DNA of 53,447 bases, filler included, from Ionaspis alba (lineage: Eukaryota), in the NCBI GenBank assembly GCA_964255285.1. It is 3 parts of 3 records of this genome, joined end to end, with 100 filler letters (N's around TTAATTAATTAA, not from the genome) between each part and the next. Parts side by side here need not be neighbours in the genome. Positions count along the whole stretch, not along the records: positions 1 to 17,791 come from CAXUUL010000311.1; 2 more parts are not named here. One strand, given 5' to 3'. The notes below the pieces were generated by a model that was given only the letters and a program-made list of their open reading frames with translations, ran no database searches and had not been told where the DNA came from. Position 1 is the first letter of the stretch; each line of letters starts with the position of its first letter. Positions 1 to 12,251 of this stretch are shown piece after piece. The position numbers were made by a program, and so were the translations under genes.

Positions 1-282
1 AGTGTAATATTGAATACCCTCAAAGTAAAAGCAGCTCTTGTCCAATGCTGCAGACAGCGCCTGCTCGAATCCAATGCCACATCAGCTCTCCCATCTTCCC
101 GGAACAATAGCAGCGTAATGGGTATGCACCTCCAAAAAGAGCACGCAAGCCATGCTAAGCAACAACAACATGCCAAAAGCAACATTAATACGTGGTCCCA
201 TCCAATCAACCACTCTTTCATGCAAAAATCCTCAAACTCAAGCACACCTTACGCCATGAGTTCGTTCTTCCGAACCTTCCGA

Positions 283-2530
283 TCATGATCTTCCACCCAT
301 AACACCCATCCTCCCCTTCCTGGCCAAAAAAGGACTCGGCATCTCATCCCTCTCCCAATCCCAAGTCGCAACCTCCATGTCCTTCTTTGTTCCCTGCCCA
401 CCACTGTTCCCATTCTCACCATTCCCATCTCTCGCCTGCGCCAACTCCACCAGCGTCCTGCCGACCCCAGCACCAAGCATGTTCTTAGACAACACAGCTT
501 TGACCATCATCTCGCCCCCTTCGTTCGCCTTATGCGCCTTTGCAGGATGTTTCGCCATTCCACGTCGTGGTGGAGAGCCAGCCTCTTGCAACGGCGCCAT
601 GGTTGAGAATCGGCGCGGCGAAGGAGCCTTTGGCTTAGCTGGTGGCGGGGAGTGTGCTGAGTTCTGCTTCGAGAATATTGAGGGCTGAACATTCGGGTTC
701 AGTCGATGTATTGGTGCTGTCTGTTGTCTTAGCATGCCAGGACGAGTGAGACGTGGTGGTGGACGTGTGGGCGACGGAAGCTCCGGAACATCATCGTCGT
801 CGTCTGCGTCTTCGGCTTCTGTGTCGGAGATTGCCGGTGACAGGAGGTGAGGTTCCCATTTCGCACGCTGGGCTGCAGCTGCAGCGAAGATGTTTTGGGG
901 ATTTGGGAGCGTGGATGCATTCTGACGGCGAGGGGAAAGCGACAAGGAAGCGATGGACATCGGAGAGGGAGAGGCCATTTGGACGTCCATGGGCGAGTCA
1001 TATTGGGTTCGAGCTCGTGTGAAGGGGGTGCGGGTCGACTTCTTGAGAGGCTGCTTGTGGGTAGGCGCCGGCGGGGATGAAGACAGAGAAAGTGAGGTCA
1101 TGTCTGTTTGTGACGGGAAGGAAATGTCTCCAGCCTCACTGACGGATGAGAGGGGTATATCTGTTGGGGAATGCGTGCCACTCGCTGCTCTGCTGGAAGC
1201 TATTGAACGGAGTTGCTTCTCCACTTCGAGCTGGACTCGGGAGGAAAATTCTGTCTCGAACTGCTTGTTCAGCTTTTCCATGCCAAGGTTCACTTGACGG
1301 TCAATCTCCAATCGTGCTTTGACCTCCCACTCTCGTCGGACCAAAGACTCAATCTCGGCTCTGGCTTGTGATTTCTCTGCCTCGAGGCTTTCCATCCGTG
1401 CATGGGCTTCTTCGATCTTTTGCTGTGCTTGCCTCTCTCTGTCTTTCATGACCCTACCGATCGTGATCATCTCTCTTTCTCTGCGCATTAATTTCACGAT
1501 AGGTAGTTGTAAGATAATTGCTGTATCTGGTCTCTTCGAAGCATTGACCCTCAGACAACTTGTGATCAGGTTCTGCAGCTCTGGCGAATACATATCAGGT
1601 AACGGTTCAAACTTGCCCAACCTTATCTTCTGCGCTAATTGTATGTGTGTGTTGGCATCGAAAGGGACCCTTCCAGCGCAGAGTTCGTACATGATACAAC
1701 CAAGAGACCAGATGTCGGAATGGTGTGTGTACCGTTCCCCAACACATATCTCCGGCGACATGTAGTAGGGCGTTCCTACGTACGTAGAAGCGAAGTCGTT
1801 GGATTGCATGAGCTTCGAAAGACCGAAGTCTCCGAGCTTGACACTGTTATCTTCTCCGAGGAAGACTACGCTCATTAGCATTCATGCAGACGAATGAGAT
1901 GCACGGAGGCTTACCATTCTCTGGTTTGAGATCACGATGCAATATCATAATCTGGTTCTTTGTCTTTAATCCAGGAGGTTTTATACTAGTCGCAGGGCCC
2001 ATGAAGTTCTGGCCCACGTCTGGAGGGTCCGCACCGTAATGGCATCGATACAGTGCCGTGACCAACTGTGCAAGTATGGCCCAGACAAATTCTTCCTCTG
2101 CGAGTTGTTTCTTCAACTTGAGACCCTTGATGATCTTACTCAAGTCTCCTCCCCCACAATACTCCATGTAGATATGCAACTCTTGGTTTGACTTTCGGTG
2201 ATCTCGGTGGTAGTATTGAACAATATTGGGGTGTTTGAGAGAACTGAGGATAGACAACTCTGCCTGTAGCTGCTCTTTCTCTCTGTTCGTCATGCGGAGG
2301 TAATTGACTTCTTTCCGGCAGAGGATCTGAGGACGATTTAACAGGCCGCAATCGTTGAGGTGCTATTGAACTCATACCTCATGATCCAACTTTCTTTTGA
2401 CCTTGTGTATGATTCCGAACGAGCCATGCCCTAGTCAGCCATTAGCCAGAGCGTGAATATCGTTGACCGGACCGAACAAACCAATCTTCTCGACCACGTC
2501 CCATTTCTCTGCTTCATTAGAGGTTGCCAT
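283..2530 (-). CDS. nimA: NimA/NEK family G2-specific Ser/Thr kinase, 4 exons (2482-2530, 2378-2430, 1915-2326, 283-1865), ~698 aa
   Basis: Spliced frame gives MATSNEAEKWDVVEKIGHGSFGII, ILCRKEV, HRDLKPEN, DFG, YVGTPYYMSPE. A coiled coil follows, then the NimA-type C-terminal motifs GRTLVELAQAR and DEMPSPFL. All three introns are GT-AG and phase-compatible. Confidence 0.95.
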
Positions 2531-3106
2531 GTTTTCCTTGGAGGCTATTGCGCCTAGGAGACTGAAAGACTTTTGAAAGTAAAGAAGGAAATGTCAATCC
2601 ATGGAGTCGATGATCTTGTCCAGCAAGCTGTAAAGGCTTTCGGTGAGGTGTCGAGGACCAGTCTGGCATGCGGCCAGGATGAGGTTTCGTCTCATTCGCT
2701 TAGCCATTGTTGATCATAGTCTTGAAGCTTCTGTTGTCAGGGCAATAAGTGATATCGCTGCTTGACACCGAGCTACGGTCACCGGCGATATAATATTGCG
2801 CGATCTTTGAACTTTGCCGTCGTCATACCGGGCGCCGGACTTCTTTTAGGTTCTCGTCGGTGCAGTGTACTTCTTATGCTGTTTTGAGGATTTTCTGTGT
2901 CGATATCTTCCTTCGATTGTGCAAAATGGCGTGGCCATATCCTTGAAGCTGGAACTAGGTCTAGCTCCTCGAGTGGGCGAGCTACTTGCTAATCATCCGC
3001 CTCTTCAACTCCACCGGGTCATTCGGTGATACAACTTTATCTGCTGCTTGCACAAAACCTTACCTGTATAGCTCAAATAATTGCAACGTTACCAAGAAAA
3101 TTGGAG

Positions 3107-4469
3107 ATGAATTCTCCTATGCTAGCCGTTGGAGGCAACGAGTCCGTGACGCGTGAGTTTCTCAGACCAGAAGAGAGCAGTATCACAACAATCACATCCG
3201 ATGGAGACCTACTTTTACAGATAGAAGACCAAGCACGGCAGAGGCCGTTCTACTATAGAGTCTCCTCGAGAATCCTAAAGCATTCATCGCCCTATTTTGA
3301 CAATTTATTGGATGCTGGGAAGTTCAGTGAAGGTGCAATGTTTGCCACCAGGATTGCTGAACTGCAGAGCACCTACGACGATTTTCAGTCTATACCTGCG
3401 ACTGACCTTCCGATAATACACATTTCAAATACTGGTCTCTTCTCTGAGAATACTCTCCACCAAGCTGTTTTGATACATTTCTTTGATATTCTGCATAATA
3501 CGACGTCCGTCAGGATTGTGGCAAAAGGACATGCGGTGAACCACATCGCTGTACTAGCCGCCATTGCGGATAGGTTCTCCGCGACTCCAGTCATCGTTAA
3601 ATACGCAAAGACCAGAAAGTGGTCGCAATTGTCGCAAGATTTACAACCAGGTAAGGGCAATATCATACGTCGCAACAATGAGATCCTCCGCAGGCAGAAG
3701 ATATATGCTGGCTATGTGTATGGGTTCAACAGTTGGGTCCTGCTTCATAGTCGTCTTCTCATCGAATCCGGATCTGTCAAGTGGACAGACAGTGATCCTG
3801 ACGTCGGCGAGGACTATGCGCCATGGTGGACCTTGCCCGGCGGTCTAGAAGGTCAGAATTAATACTCCACTTGTTCGGAGACATCAACTGACAGATTCAG
3901 AGGAAATATTACACCGTCGTGAAATGATCTTGGCCACAATCGGCTCCGTTCAAGGGTTCTTCGTCAATCGATACGTAAGTGGTCAGCGTCAGTGTAGGCT
4001 TGGTTACGATTCGTCGCCGCAATGTGATTCCTTTCAGCTGGGAGAGATCATCCGTTTCTTTACGCGCAAAGGGACCCTCAGCCTACAGAGCATGATCATC
4101 AGCAATCAGAATTCCCAATTTTACGAAGGGTCGATCGAGCGCCTTCTGGAGGCTTTGAGGGAGTGTCCTTCTTACCAGCTCGACTCCTATCATTCGCACT
4201 GCGGAATACGGTCTTCCAACTTCATGCCAGCTCTACGCCACCTACAATGGATGTGCTCACTGCCAAACCAGATCGGTATATGCTTATTATGCTGGCAAAA
4301 GAGTAGATCCGAGCACAGCTGGCGACTGATACCAGCTGGCGGTTCTTGGCAGTATAAGCTGGCTATGGCTCATGAGAAAAGTTATGAGAGACGTGTTGGA
4401 GAACACGATCATGCCATCGGAAAGAGACTCTTCACAGCGGCCGAACATAATTGGCTTGCAGAAACGTGA
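3107..4469 (+). CDS. Conserved fungal protein with BTB/POZ-like N-terminus, 2 exons (3107-3851, 3901-4469), ~437 aa
   Basis: DGDLLL..YRVSSRILKHSSPYFDNLL is typical of fungal BTB-like starts. Intron 3852-3900 (GTCAGA..CTGAC..CAG) joins the two ORFs as GLEEEILHRRE. The C-terminal part has QCRLGYDSSPQCDSFQLGE and YQLDSYHSHCG. Divergent from nimA. Confidence 0.75.
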
Positions 4470-5146
4470 CCAATCACTTATTCGGCTGTTGCTCTCCGAT
4501 AGGCTGACTACAATATAAGTCAACTAATTATCAAGATTCGTATGTGACTGCTTGAGCCCTCTGAGAGAACTTTACCATTGTCTGTAGTTCAATCAGCCAT
4601 AATCATCTCAAGGCTAACACGGTTTGCCCAAACTATATCGTTGATGAAAACTTGATGCATGGTGAATCTCTCAATCATACTCTAAGCTTCCACTTTGCGT
4701 GCGCACGTTATGATGGACTACTCGACGGGTTTTCCGCACGAAGACCGATCACGTGCATTACAGACCATTTAGCACGCTGCCAAGTCTCATATACCCTAAC
4801 ATTTATACCAAATGACCAAATAACCCTCGACCCTGTACAACGTTTGCTTACATTCAGAAGGTGTATAAAAGTGAACATAAAAGTTTGATATCAGGTACCA
4901 TGAATTTGAAACGAGTTGCCTCAATTTGTTTCTATCCATTGTTGGAGCCTAAAGAAAAAGCCCTGAAGCACGATCTGCAGAAAGTCCTGTCTATCCTTTC
5001 CATATGGACGTGCAAGCAAAACTCCAAAGAGAAGAAGTCGAAAAGCCGAAGCCAGTGTATCTACAAGAAGAGGAAATGAAGCCCAAGCAATGCCTATCCG
5101 AGGAGACTGCTCTATCCACTTTCCATAAAAGAAATCCACTTCTCCA

Positions 5147-6112
5147 CTACCTCCTCAACCCATCCAGACTGACTCTCTTCCTGTCCAATTTTCGATGAAC
5201 CGCCCCAAGGACACATTTCAAAATCCCGTCCGCGTTCAGACCTGTTCCATCCTCTCCACTCCAAGGCACCGTATCAACGATATCCCTGCAACCCTCTCCA
5301 CACAAGTCATCATCCAGCTCCTTCAACGCAGCTGCAGCACCTGGTTCGCGTCCCACCTGGAAGAACTGGATACCAACCTGCCATGCTGGCGCGTCCCACC
5401 GATCTAGCTTCTTCGCAGCTGCCACAATGACGCTCTCAACATCATCTGACGCGACACCATCCGTAACAACAATGACATTCAATGGCTTGACTGCCTCCGA
5501 GCCTTTGGTCTCCACATCCTTGAGATATGGCTTCAGAATGCTGTTGAGACGAGCACCAGTTGGTGTTCCGCCTTGAGGTCGCACCGAAGCGAAGATTTCG
5601 GCCACGTCATCCGCACGCGTGATGTTCTGGTAGTGAGACGAGTGCGGATGGTTCAGGAAATGGATGTCGATGCCGTCAGCGTCGTGGGCAGTGCAGATGG
5701 GCGCGATGGCGGCAAGCGCTTTGGAGGTTTCACGCCAGTTACTGCCTGCCATTGAGCCAGAGTCGTCGATCAGGAAGATCGTGTCGAAAGTGGTGAGGAA
5801 GGCGTATGGGTCATCGGCAGTGGAGCTGATGGGTGGTGTGTAAGCTGGAGGTGCGTCTACAGTGGGTGGTGGCGGGCGACGCGTAGGTGTTGTGCCGGAG
5901 GGGTTGGTTCGGGGTGGTGGCGAGCTGAAAGGGTTGAAGGCGTTCTTGCGGGGTTCTGGAGCCATGAGGATGGATGGTTGTTGCGGAATGAGTTTGCTAT
6001 TCTTGCGGTTCTTCTTTCTGCGCAGGAGATCAAGGAATGGCATACTGTCGTGGATGGAGGAGGAGGTGTTGGAGGAGTGGATGGCGTAGGAGGAATCTTG
6101 AATGAGAGGCAT
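5147..6112 (-). CDS. von Willebrand factor type A (vWA) domain protein; start may instead be ATG 6043 or 5965
   Basis: Intronless ORF with MIDAS motif FLIDDSGSM, plus GGTPTG and IVVTDG. The Pro-rich N-terminus contains PPAY. Confidence 0.88.
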   Translation of the reverse strand: MPLIQDSSYAIHSSNTSSSIHDSMPFLDLLRRKKNRKNSKLIPQQPSILMAPEPRKNAFNPFSSPPPRTNPSGTTPTRRPPPPTVDAPPAYTPPISSTADDPYAFLTTFDTIFLIDDSGSMAGSNWRETSKALAAIAPICTAHDADGIDIHFLNHPHSSHYQNITRADDVAEIFASVRPQGGTPTGARLNSILKPYLKDVETKGSEAVKPLNVIVVTDGVASDDVESVIVAAAKKLDRWDAPAWQVGIQFFQVGREPGAAAALKELDDDLCGEGCRDIVDTVPWSGEDGTGLNADGILKCVLGAVHRKLDRKRVSLDGLRR

Positions 6113-6357
6113 GACTGCAGTTGAGAGTGTTGATGTGTTAAGAAATGTATCTTAGTCAGGTGATATGGTGCTTTCTTTGTCCTTGCTCGCAAATGACCCA
6201 GAAATGAATCGAATTGGGTAAGAGCGACTGATGAAGTATCTGGTAGCAGAAGTCTAAAACTTGTAAGACCTTGGTTGAGGAGTCAAGGCGCTGTATCTGA
6301 CTTCTGGTCTTGAAAGTTGTGAATGCTCCAAGGAACTATGCTACCCCCTTGATGACC

Positions 6358-6364
6358 TTATATA
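6358..6364 (-). promoter_or_regulatory. Putative TATA box of the vWA gene
   Basis: TATATAA on the minus strand about 250 nt upstream of ATG 6112. Motif match only. Confidence 0.3.
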
Positions 6365-7685
6365 CATGATCTAAATTGCTCGAACTTTCACTTCGCATTC
6401 ACGGAGTTACCGAGTCAAACGTAGAGAGCCGTAGAGTATGCCTACGAGGTTGATCCACATGCAAACGACGAGGAATGGAGTCATCAAGTAGCATCATTGC
6501 CTCCGATCCACCGGGCAGTGTTTCTGAAGTGTTGAAAGGTATCTGGACGTCCTTAGCTCACATAATGGTTTATGTCTTTGGTGTGGCGGTACAGCCGAGC
6601 CTTGGCTGCGGCCACATGTTTTGGATGCGAGCGGACTGCGCCGCCCACGCTAAGAGTCTGCCTTGGGGAAGCCCGGTGGACCACAGGCACTAACACTTAT
6701 TCGGCAAGAGTCATGGCTGTGAAGTCTTCTCATAGGATTCCAGGAAATTGTCATTGAAAATTCATAGGCTGCTGAACGCCACATGCAAGTCATCTCAAAC
6801 CTGGAAGAGGCACCAACTTCGACCCCACGAGTGAAGCGGTTATGCGCGGCGCCTCTTCGATATCTGCTCTTGACTCTACCTCAAATGGACTCTGCACAAA
6901 CTGGTAGCCGCCCACAAGTCTATGATATCGCAGACCAGGAAGGTCACGACTTCATTCTCAGGTCATGAACGAGAGCCGCAGTCAGTCACGATTCCCCTCA
7001 TCTTCAAAAACGGCTCGCCTTGCTATGGTGGGGGCAGAAATACCGATGAGTCTTTGAGACAGTCTCGCTACTAGTCAGAGCTGAGACACGGCCGTTTTTG
7101 GAGCACAATATTCGAGTAGATAAGGTCATGTCGTAAAGGCTATCCCATGCTGAGGTCGCATACTCCTCGTCCTGCCCCAGGTCTCCCGATAACAATAGCA
7201 GACAGGACATCACAATATCTATACACTAGTCCCGGCAAGGCGTCCCTCTCCACGTGTTTATGCAATAGCATGATTAATGATCCACAAGAAGCACGCCTTA
7301 AGTCTGATGGAGGATGCCTTACCATACTTGAGGACTATCAGTCTAAGACGCTTGCAGCCACCAATATCTGGAATGGGCGATGCTTGCCCTATAAAGCGTA
7401 ATGGCAATCATCTGTGTCTTAAACAACTCAGCCTCGGATCAAGGTCCAACCCACTTTCTACAGCTGACTTCCTGCTGCCTTTGAATCCAACAAGATAGTT
7501 TTGTTGCGTGACCAGAAGGCAGACCTCCAATGTCCGCTCAGGCTGATTAAAGACTCTATGGCCTTGGGGGCGGCTGATACAACTCCATGTGAAGCGCAGC
7601 TCGTAAACACTCTCGGAAGATATATATGAGAGATATCTAGATAGTAACACAACAACGTCGAATTGGAGGCCCTCGAGACCACGAT

Positions 7686-8880
7686 CTACACAGCACTGTA
7701 CCCTCCTCTTGAATGACCCCCAGTTATTGTATCCACGACCTTCCGGAACCAATCCTGCATAATATACGGGACATCCCTGATCGTGTCTCCGTGCGGTAAC
7801 AGATCCCAACCCCTAGCACCATACCGATTGTGATTCAGCCAAACGCTGAAAAGGACGTAAGCAATAAGAGCAAGAAACAATCTAGAGAAATATTAGCCAT
7901 GCACGTGCGTTAGTCCCAGCTCCACCCAAACCGAGGCGGACCAAGGCGAGCAAGAAGTCCAGACTTACATAAAGAAAAACCACGAAAAGAAACCCCACCC
8001 TCCACTCTTCTTGTCCCCTCCCCCGACCACCGCATCCTCACATGCATATTTCGTCTTCCACTCCAACCTCAGAACATTAGGGTCCAGCTGATCATCATAC
8101 TCGATAAACTTCAATGTCCCACCCTCTCCATCATCCGTCTCCTCCTGACTCCGATCTCCATCGTCCTCGTCGTCATCCTCTTCCACTCCTAGCAAGTCTC
8201 GCTTCCTTTCCGTCGCGTCCGGCCGGATGCACAAGAACTCGATAATAGCCTTCTGCTTTATTTTCTTAGGTCCATAAGAGCCGCCTCCGATCTCTAATCG
8301 TAATCCCTCCTTCTGACTATCGGAGTGCGAAGGTGAGGTACTCAGCCGCGTCCATTTCGGATTCAGGACGCCTCCGCCGCCGCCGGCTGAGTATTCTCCT
8401 GCAATGGGGATGACGCCTAAGGGGTCCTCCTCCACTTTGCCGTCGGGGTGAGTCTCGTGCTGGATGGCGCATACTATGTTCCGAAACTGTTAGTTCCCTT
8501 CTCGTAATGAATTGTATGGTAGTGGTCGAGCTTGAAGGGTGAAGCTCAAAGATAGCTTGGAAGTCCAGGGCCAAACCTCGGGAGATATAGCAAGACTTAC
8601 TCCGTGTCCCACTTTTACATTCCTTGTCTCCAGCGCCTTTCGTTCGTACAAGTGGTTTACAAAGGTCGAGGGTATAGGTTGTGTTGATCGTGCTCGGGGG
8701 ATGCAGTTCGAGGTGGGAAACAGAGTGGGGGCCGCCCAGAGCTTTCAGGTTCCAAGAGGCTTTGTTGACGACAACCTGTTCGCAGTCGAGATTTATGGCT
8801 GAAGTGAGGCTGGGAAGCAGGAAGAGGGAGGTGAGCAGGGTTGTAGCCGTCGGTTGGCAGGTTGGCCGCTGGAGTCGCAT
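7686..8880 (-). CDS. ATG27: Autophagy-related protein 27 (MRH-type lumenal domain, single TM), 3 exons (8601-8880, 7969-8473, 7686-7881), ~326 aa
   Basis: Signal peptide, TTYTLDLCKPL, LRLEWKTKYACE, TM GWGFFSWFFFILFLALIAYVLF, cytosolic RYGARGWDLLPHGDTIRDVPY and terminal RGGYSAV (YxxPhi). GT-AG introns in phase. Confidence 0.93.
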
Positions 8881-9535
8881 GCTGAGGATTCCAGAAAGGG
8901 TTGGATACGAAGGGATGGGCTGCAGGATGCAAGACTATTTGCATCAAAGCTAGAAGTGTAATGAGGTTTGTAGAAGATCTGGGCTACTCAATGTGCGTTA
9001 TGAAGTGCCATCATAATGGCGCTGCCTGAAAAGGTGACGAATTTCCACACTGGGATTGTCAAAGACGGCCAGTGTCAGTATATTAAATGCAGCCATGTGG
9101 AGATATCTCAGCATACACTTTCCGCCTTACAGCCTTATGCTGATCCCTTGTGGCAATGCTGTTTCACTATAGCATCCCGACATGCGCACAAAGTCAGATG
9201 AGCCGACCATATCATTTGCATTCAGGCTTGTCTGTCTGGCCTCTCTGGCTGTCGAAATGTCCCAATGCAAAACGTATCGCCTGACTACGTAACTCTTTCA
9301 AGGACCAAAGGATGACTTCTAGGCTTGGAATGTGAATTTACGCGTGACATGACAAGAGTGGACATTTATGCTTCATATCACTCTTGTCGTGTTGATTCGT
9401 GAAGTACTGCGAGTCGTCAAGTATTGCAAGTATCGTTATTGCTATGCAATCCAGTTCAAGACATGTTTCTTAGCGAGTGTCTCTTCATTTCCATCCGCCT
9501 AGAGCAGCACGCCTTGGGTTTCAAACCAGCGTTGT

Positions 9536-9879
9536 CTACTGTCCCATGTCATGCAGACGTGCCTCAGCGTTGTCCTTGGCCTCCTCTGAAACATTTGGGT
9601 TCTTGATAGCACTTTGACAAGGTCAACAAACAGAAGGATTATGAGTTCAGCGAAGTACCCACCCTTTCAATCCTGCTGCTACATTGTTTGGGTTCTTGCC
9701 TTCCCCAGACTCATCTCCTAGCGCTTGTTCAAGGACCTCTTTGGAGTGCTCTTTGGCCTCTTCGGAAACGTCTGGGAAGTTCTCAGCAAGATGAAAACAT
9801 TACGGAGTTTGTGTCAAGTCGTACTGGGATTGGCCAAAGCAGCCTTGTGCCCACCCAAAACATTTCCCAGATTCGACAT
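9536..9879 (-). CDS. con-6: Conidiation protein CON-6 family hydrophilin, 3 exons (9825-9879, 9663-9771, 9536-9611), 79 aa
   Basis: Spliced product MSNLGNVLGGHKAALANPNVSEEAKEHSKEVLEQALGDESGEGKNPNNVAAGLKGAIKNPNVSEEAKDNAEARLHDMGQ has two NVxxGxKxAxxNPNVSEEAK repeats. A TATA-like TATAA lies at 10004-10008. Not present whole in the ORF track. Confidence 0.9.
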
Positions 9880-10960
9880 GATGTATACGGATGTATGTTT
9901 AAATGTTGGAAGATCTTTGATTGAAGTGAGTGGGAGTTGAAGGTAGTGAAGGGATTGTTGGGAACGATGAAAGATTGAGTACCAGAGGGGATGGGGGGCT
10001 TGCTTATATGCTTCCAACGACCGCTGGGTCCAGGTGCATCCTAACGTTTTCATTTGATCTGTAGCAGCAACTGGCTTCTAAAACCTCTGACTCATTGGTG
10101 CATGAACATCTGCGATTATCCTTCGACGACATTGGAAGCCATAAGCACAGCAGATGTTTTGAAGCAGCGGTGAGCTACTCTTCGACATTATTGGAAGAGT
10201 TATTGGAGGCAGACTCTAGGATGTCAGACTTGCCAGGCAGCTACAATCACCGTTCAGCGCATCTGATCGAAAATGGGTCGATTAGGGAAGGGAAAATCAA
10301 AGAGCATAGTTCTGGGTGGCACCATGCGTATACACTTTCAGGTTTCTCATGGGTTATGCACAGATCTTCGATTGCAAAACCGCAATATAATTCATAGTGT
10401 TTGGCACATGACAGAAATATAGTGCAATACACTCTAATTCACCTGATAGGTTCACCAAATTAGGCAAAACCCGCTGATCCTTCCTCCGTTGTAGATCGTC
10501 TAGTTTTACGACTCCCGCGCTAGTAGTAGTATGTGAAAGGATCATGGATCGCTAGATGGAAGCCTTCATGGCCCCAAAAGCATTGAACATTCAGCGTCAG
10601 AAATCCTGTTTACGTGCAGTCAGTGAATCAGCAACCCGCGATCACGTGATACCGATACCCTGCGATTTCACCCTACTCAACAGAGCCTCTCGAATTGCGG
10701 CTAAATCTGCAGCTTCTTCACATTTCGCCGACTCGCCGCCATGGAAATTGCCGTTCTCGACCAGTTCACCTACTATCCTGAACATTTCATAAGCTGACCT
10801 TGCAGAAGTGACCGGGCCGCAGACCAAATACTGCAAAGTGCGGGGCTCTGCGGAGTACCAAACATTCTTTAAATGCTCTCCGATATCTCAATACTTGTGA
10901 TTCCACTTCAGTTCCTTACACCAATTCATTGTGCGTGATAAAGTGCAATCGATAGCAACC

Positions 10961-11884
10961 ATGTCTCCTCGCGTCCTCCTCATCGGAGGTCATGGCAAGA
11001 TCTCCCTCCTCATGACTCCAATGCTCCTCTCCCGTTCATGGTCCGTGACGAGTCTATTTCGTGACCCCTCCCAGAAGGAGGAGATCCTGTCCAAAGGCGA
11101 TGGCCAGCCAGGCAAGCTGGACGTTCTCATCACCAGTCTAGAAGAGGTCAAAACGACCGGGCAAGCAAAGGCAATTCTTGACGATGCAAAGCCTGACTGG
11201 GTAATCTGGTCTGCAGGTTTGTCTGACCATTGTCCTTTTTACTGACCCTTCGTTTCCCCGACGCTTTCTTCTACAATAATCTTGAAGCACCGAACTCAAC
11301 AATTGCCAACCTACTTACCCACCCCGTCTACAGGTGCCGGCGGTAAAGGCGGCTCCTCCCGCACCTATGCCATCGACCGGGATGCCTGCATCGCTTTCAT
11401 CCGCGCTACCTACCTCACACCCTCCATCACCAAATTCTTACTCATCTCCTACATCGGCTCTCGACGGGCGCGACCCTCCTGGTGGACTGATGAGGACTGG
11501 GCCGCGTGCCAAAAGGGCAATACTGAATACCTGCCCGACTACCACAAGGCGAAGGTGGAGGCGGATGAGTGCTTGACGGCATTAGCGAAGAAGCGTGGGG
11601 ACGACTTTCAGGCCATTATACTACGGCCCGGGATGTTGACGGATAAGGAGCCGACAGGGAAGGTGCTATTGGGCAAGACTCCCAGTACGGGACCGGTGCC
11701 GAGAGCAGATGTTGCGGACGTGGCAGTGAGGATGTTGGAGACTGAGGGCGCGAGAGGGTGGATTGATTTGTTGGAGGGAGAGGAGCCAGCGGAGAAGGCA
11801 ATAAAGAGGGTTGTCAGAGAAAATTTTGATGCTGTGGAGGGGGAGGATATAGAGGCGATGATGAAGAAGTATGGGACAGTCTAA
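10961..11884 (+). CDS. Atypical SDR / NAD(P)-binding Rossmann-fold protein (YMR090W-like), 2 exons (10961-11216, 11334-11884), ~268 aa
   Basis: VLLIGGHGKI glycine motif, VIWSAGAGGKGG across the intron, AIDRD, YHKAK (YxxxK), LRPGMLTD, VPRADVA. Confidence 0.88.
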
Positions 11885-12251
11885 GTCTTGTGGAGAGAGC
11901 TGCATGTTGTATATAGTAAGGATTTGCCTAGAATTGACCTGCATTCTATTGAGCACGAAAACTGACTGCAGAAAGCGGCAGACCCGTCTGAGCGTACTTA
12001 TGATGCTTAAAGATATATCGTCCCAATGAAAGGACAGTCAGGAACTCGTAAAAGAATGGGACTATATCGACGTAAAAAGAACGACACAGCAGATCAAACA
12101 AAGCCAACAGAGCCTTCAAACCAATTGCAAATACAAATACAAGGTACAAATACAAATAACAGTACACTTAGCCATCTATTTTCCCCACTCCTTCCAACAC
12201 TCTCCGTAGTCGCATAATAATACACGAGATTGGACGATCTCCACCTCGTCC

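Noticed and set aside
6400..7680. Overlapping short ORFs between the vWA gene and ATG27
   Set aside because: No coding signature or consistent exon chain. Likely promoter and 3' UTR.
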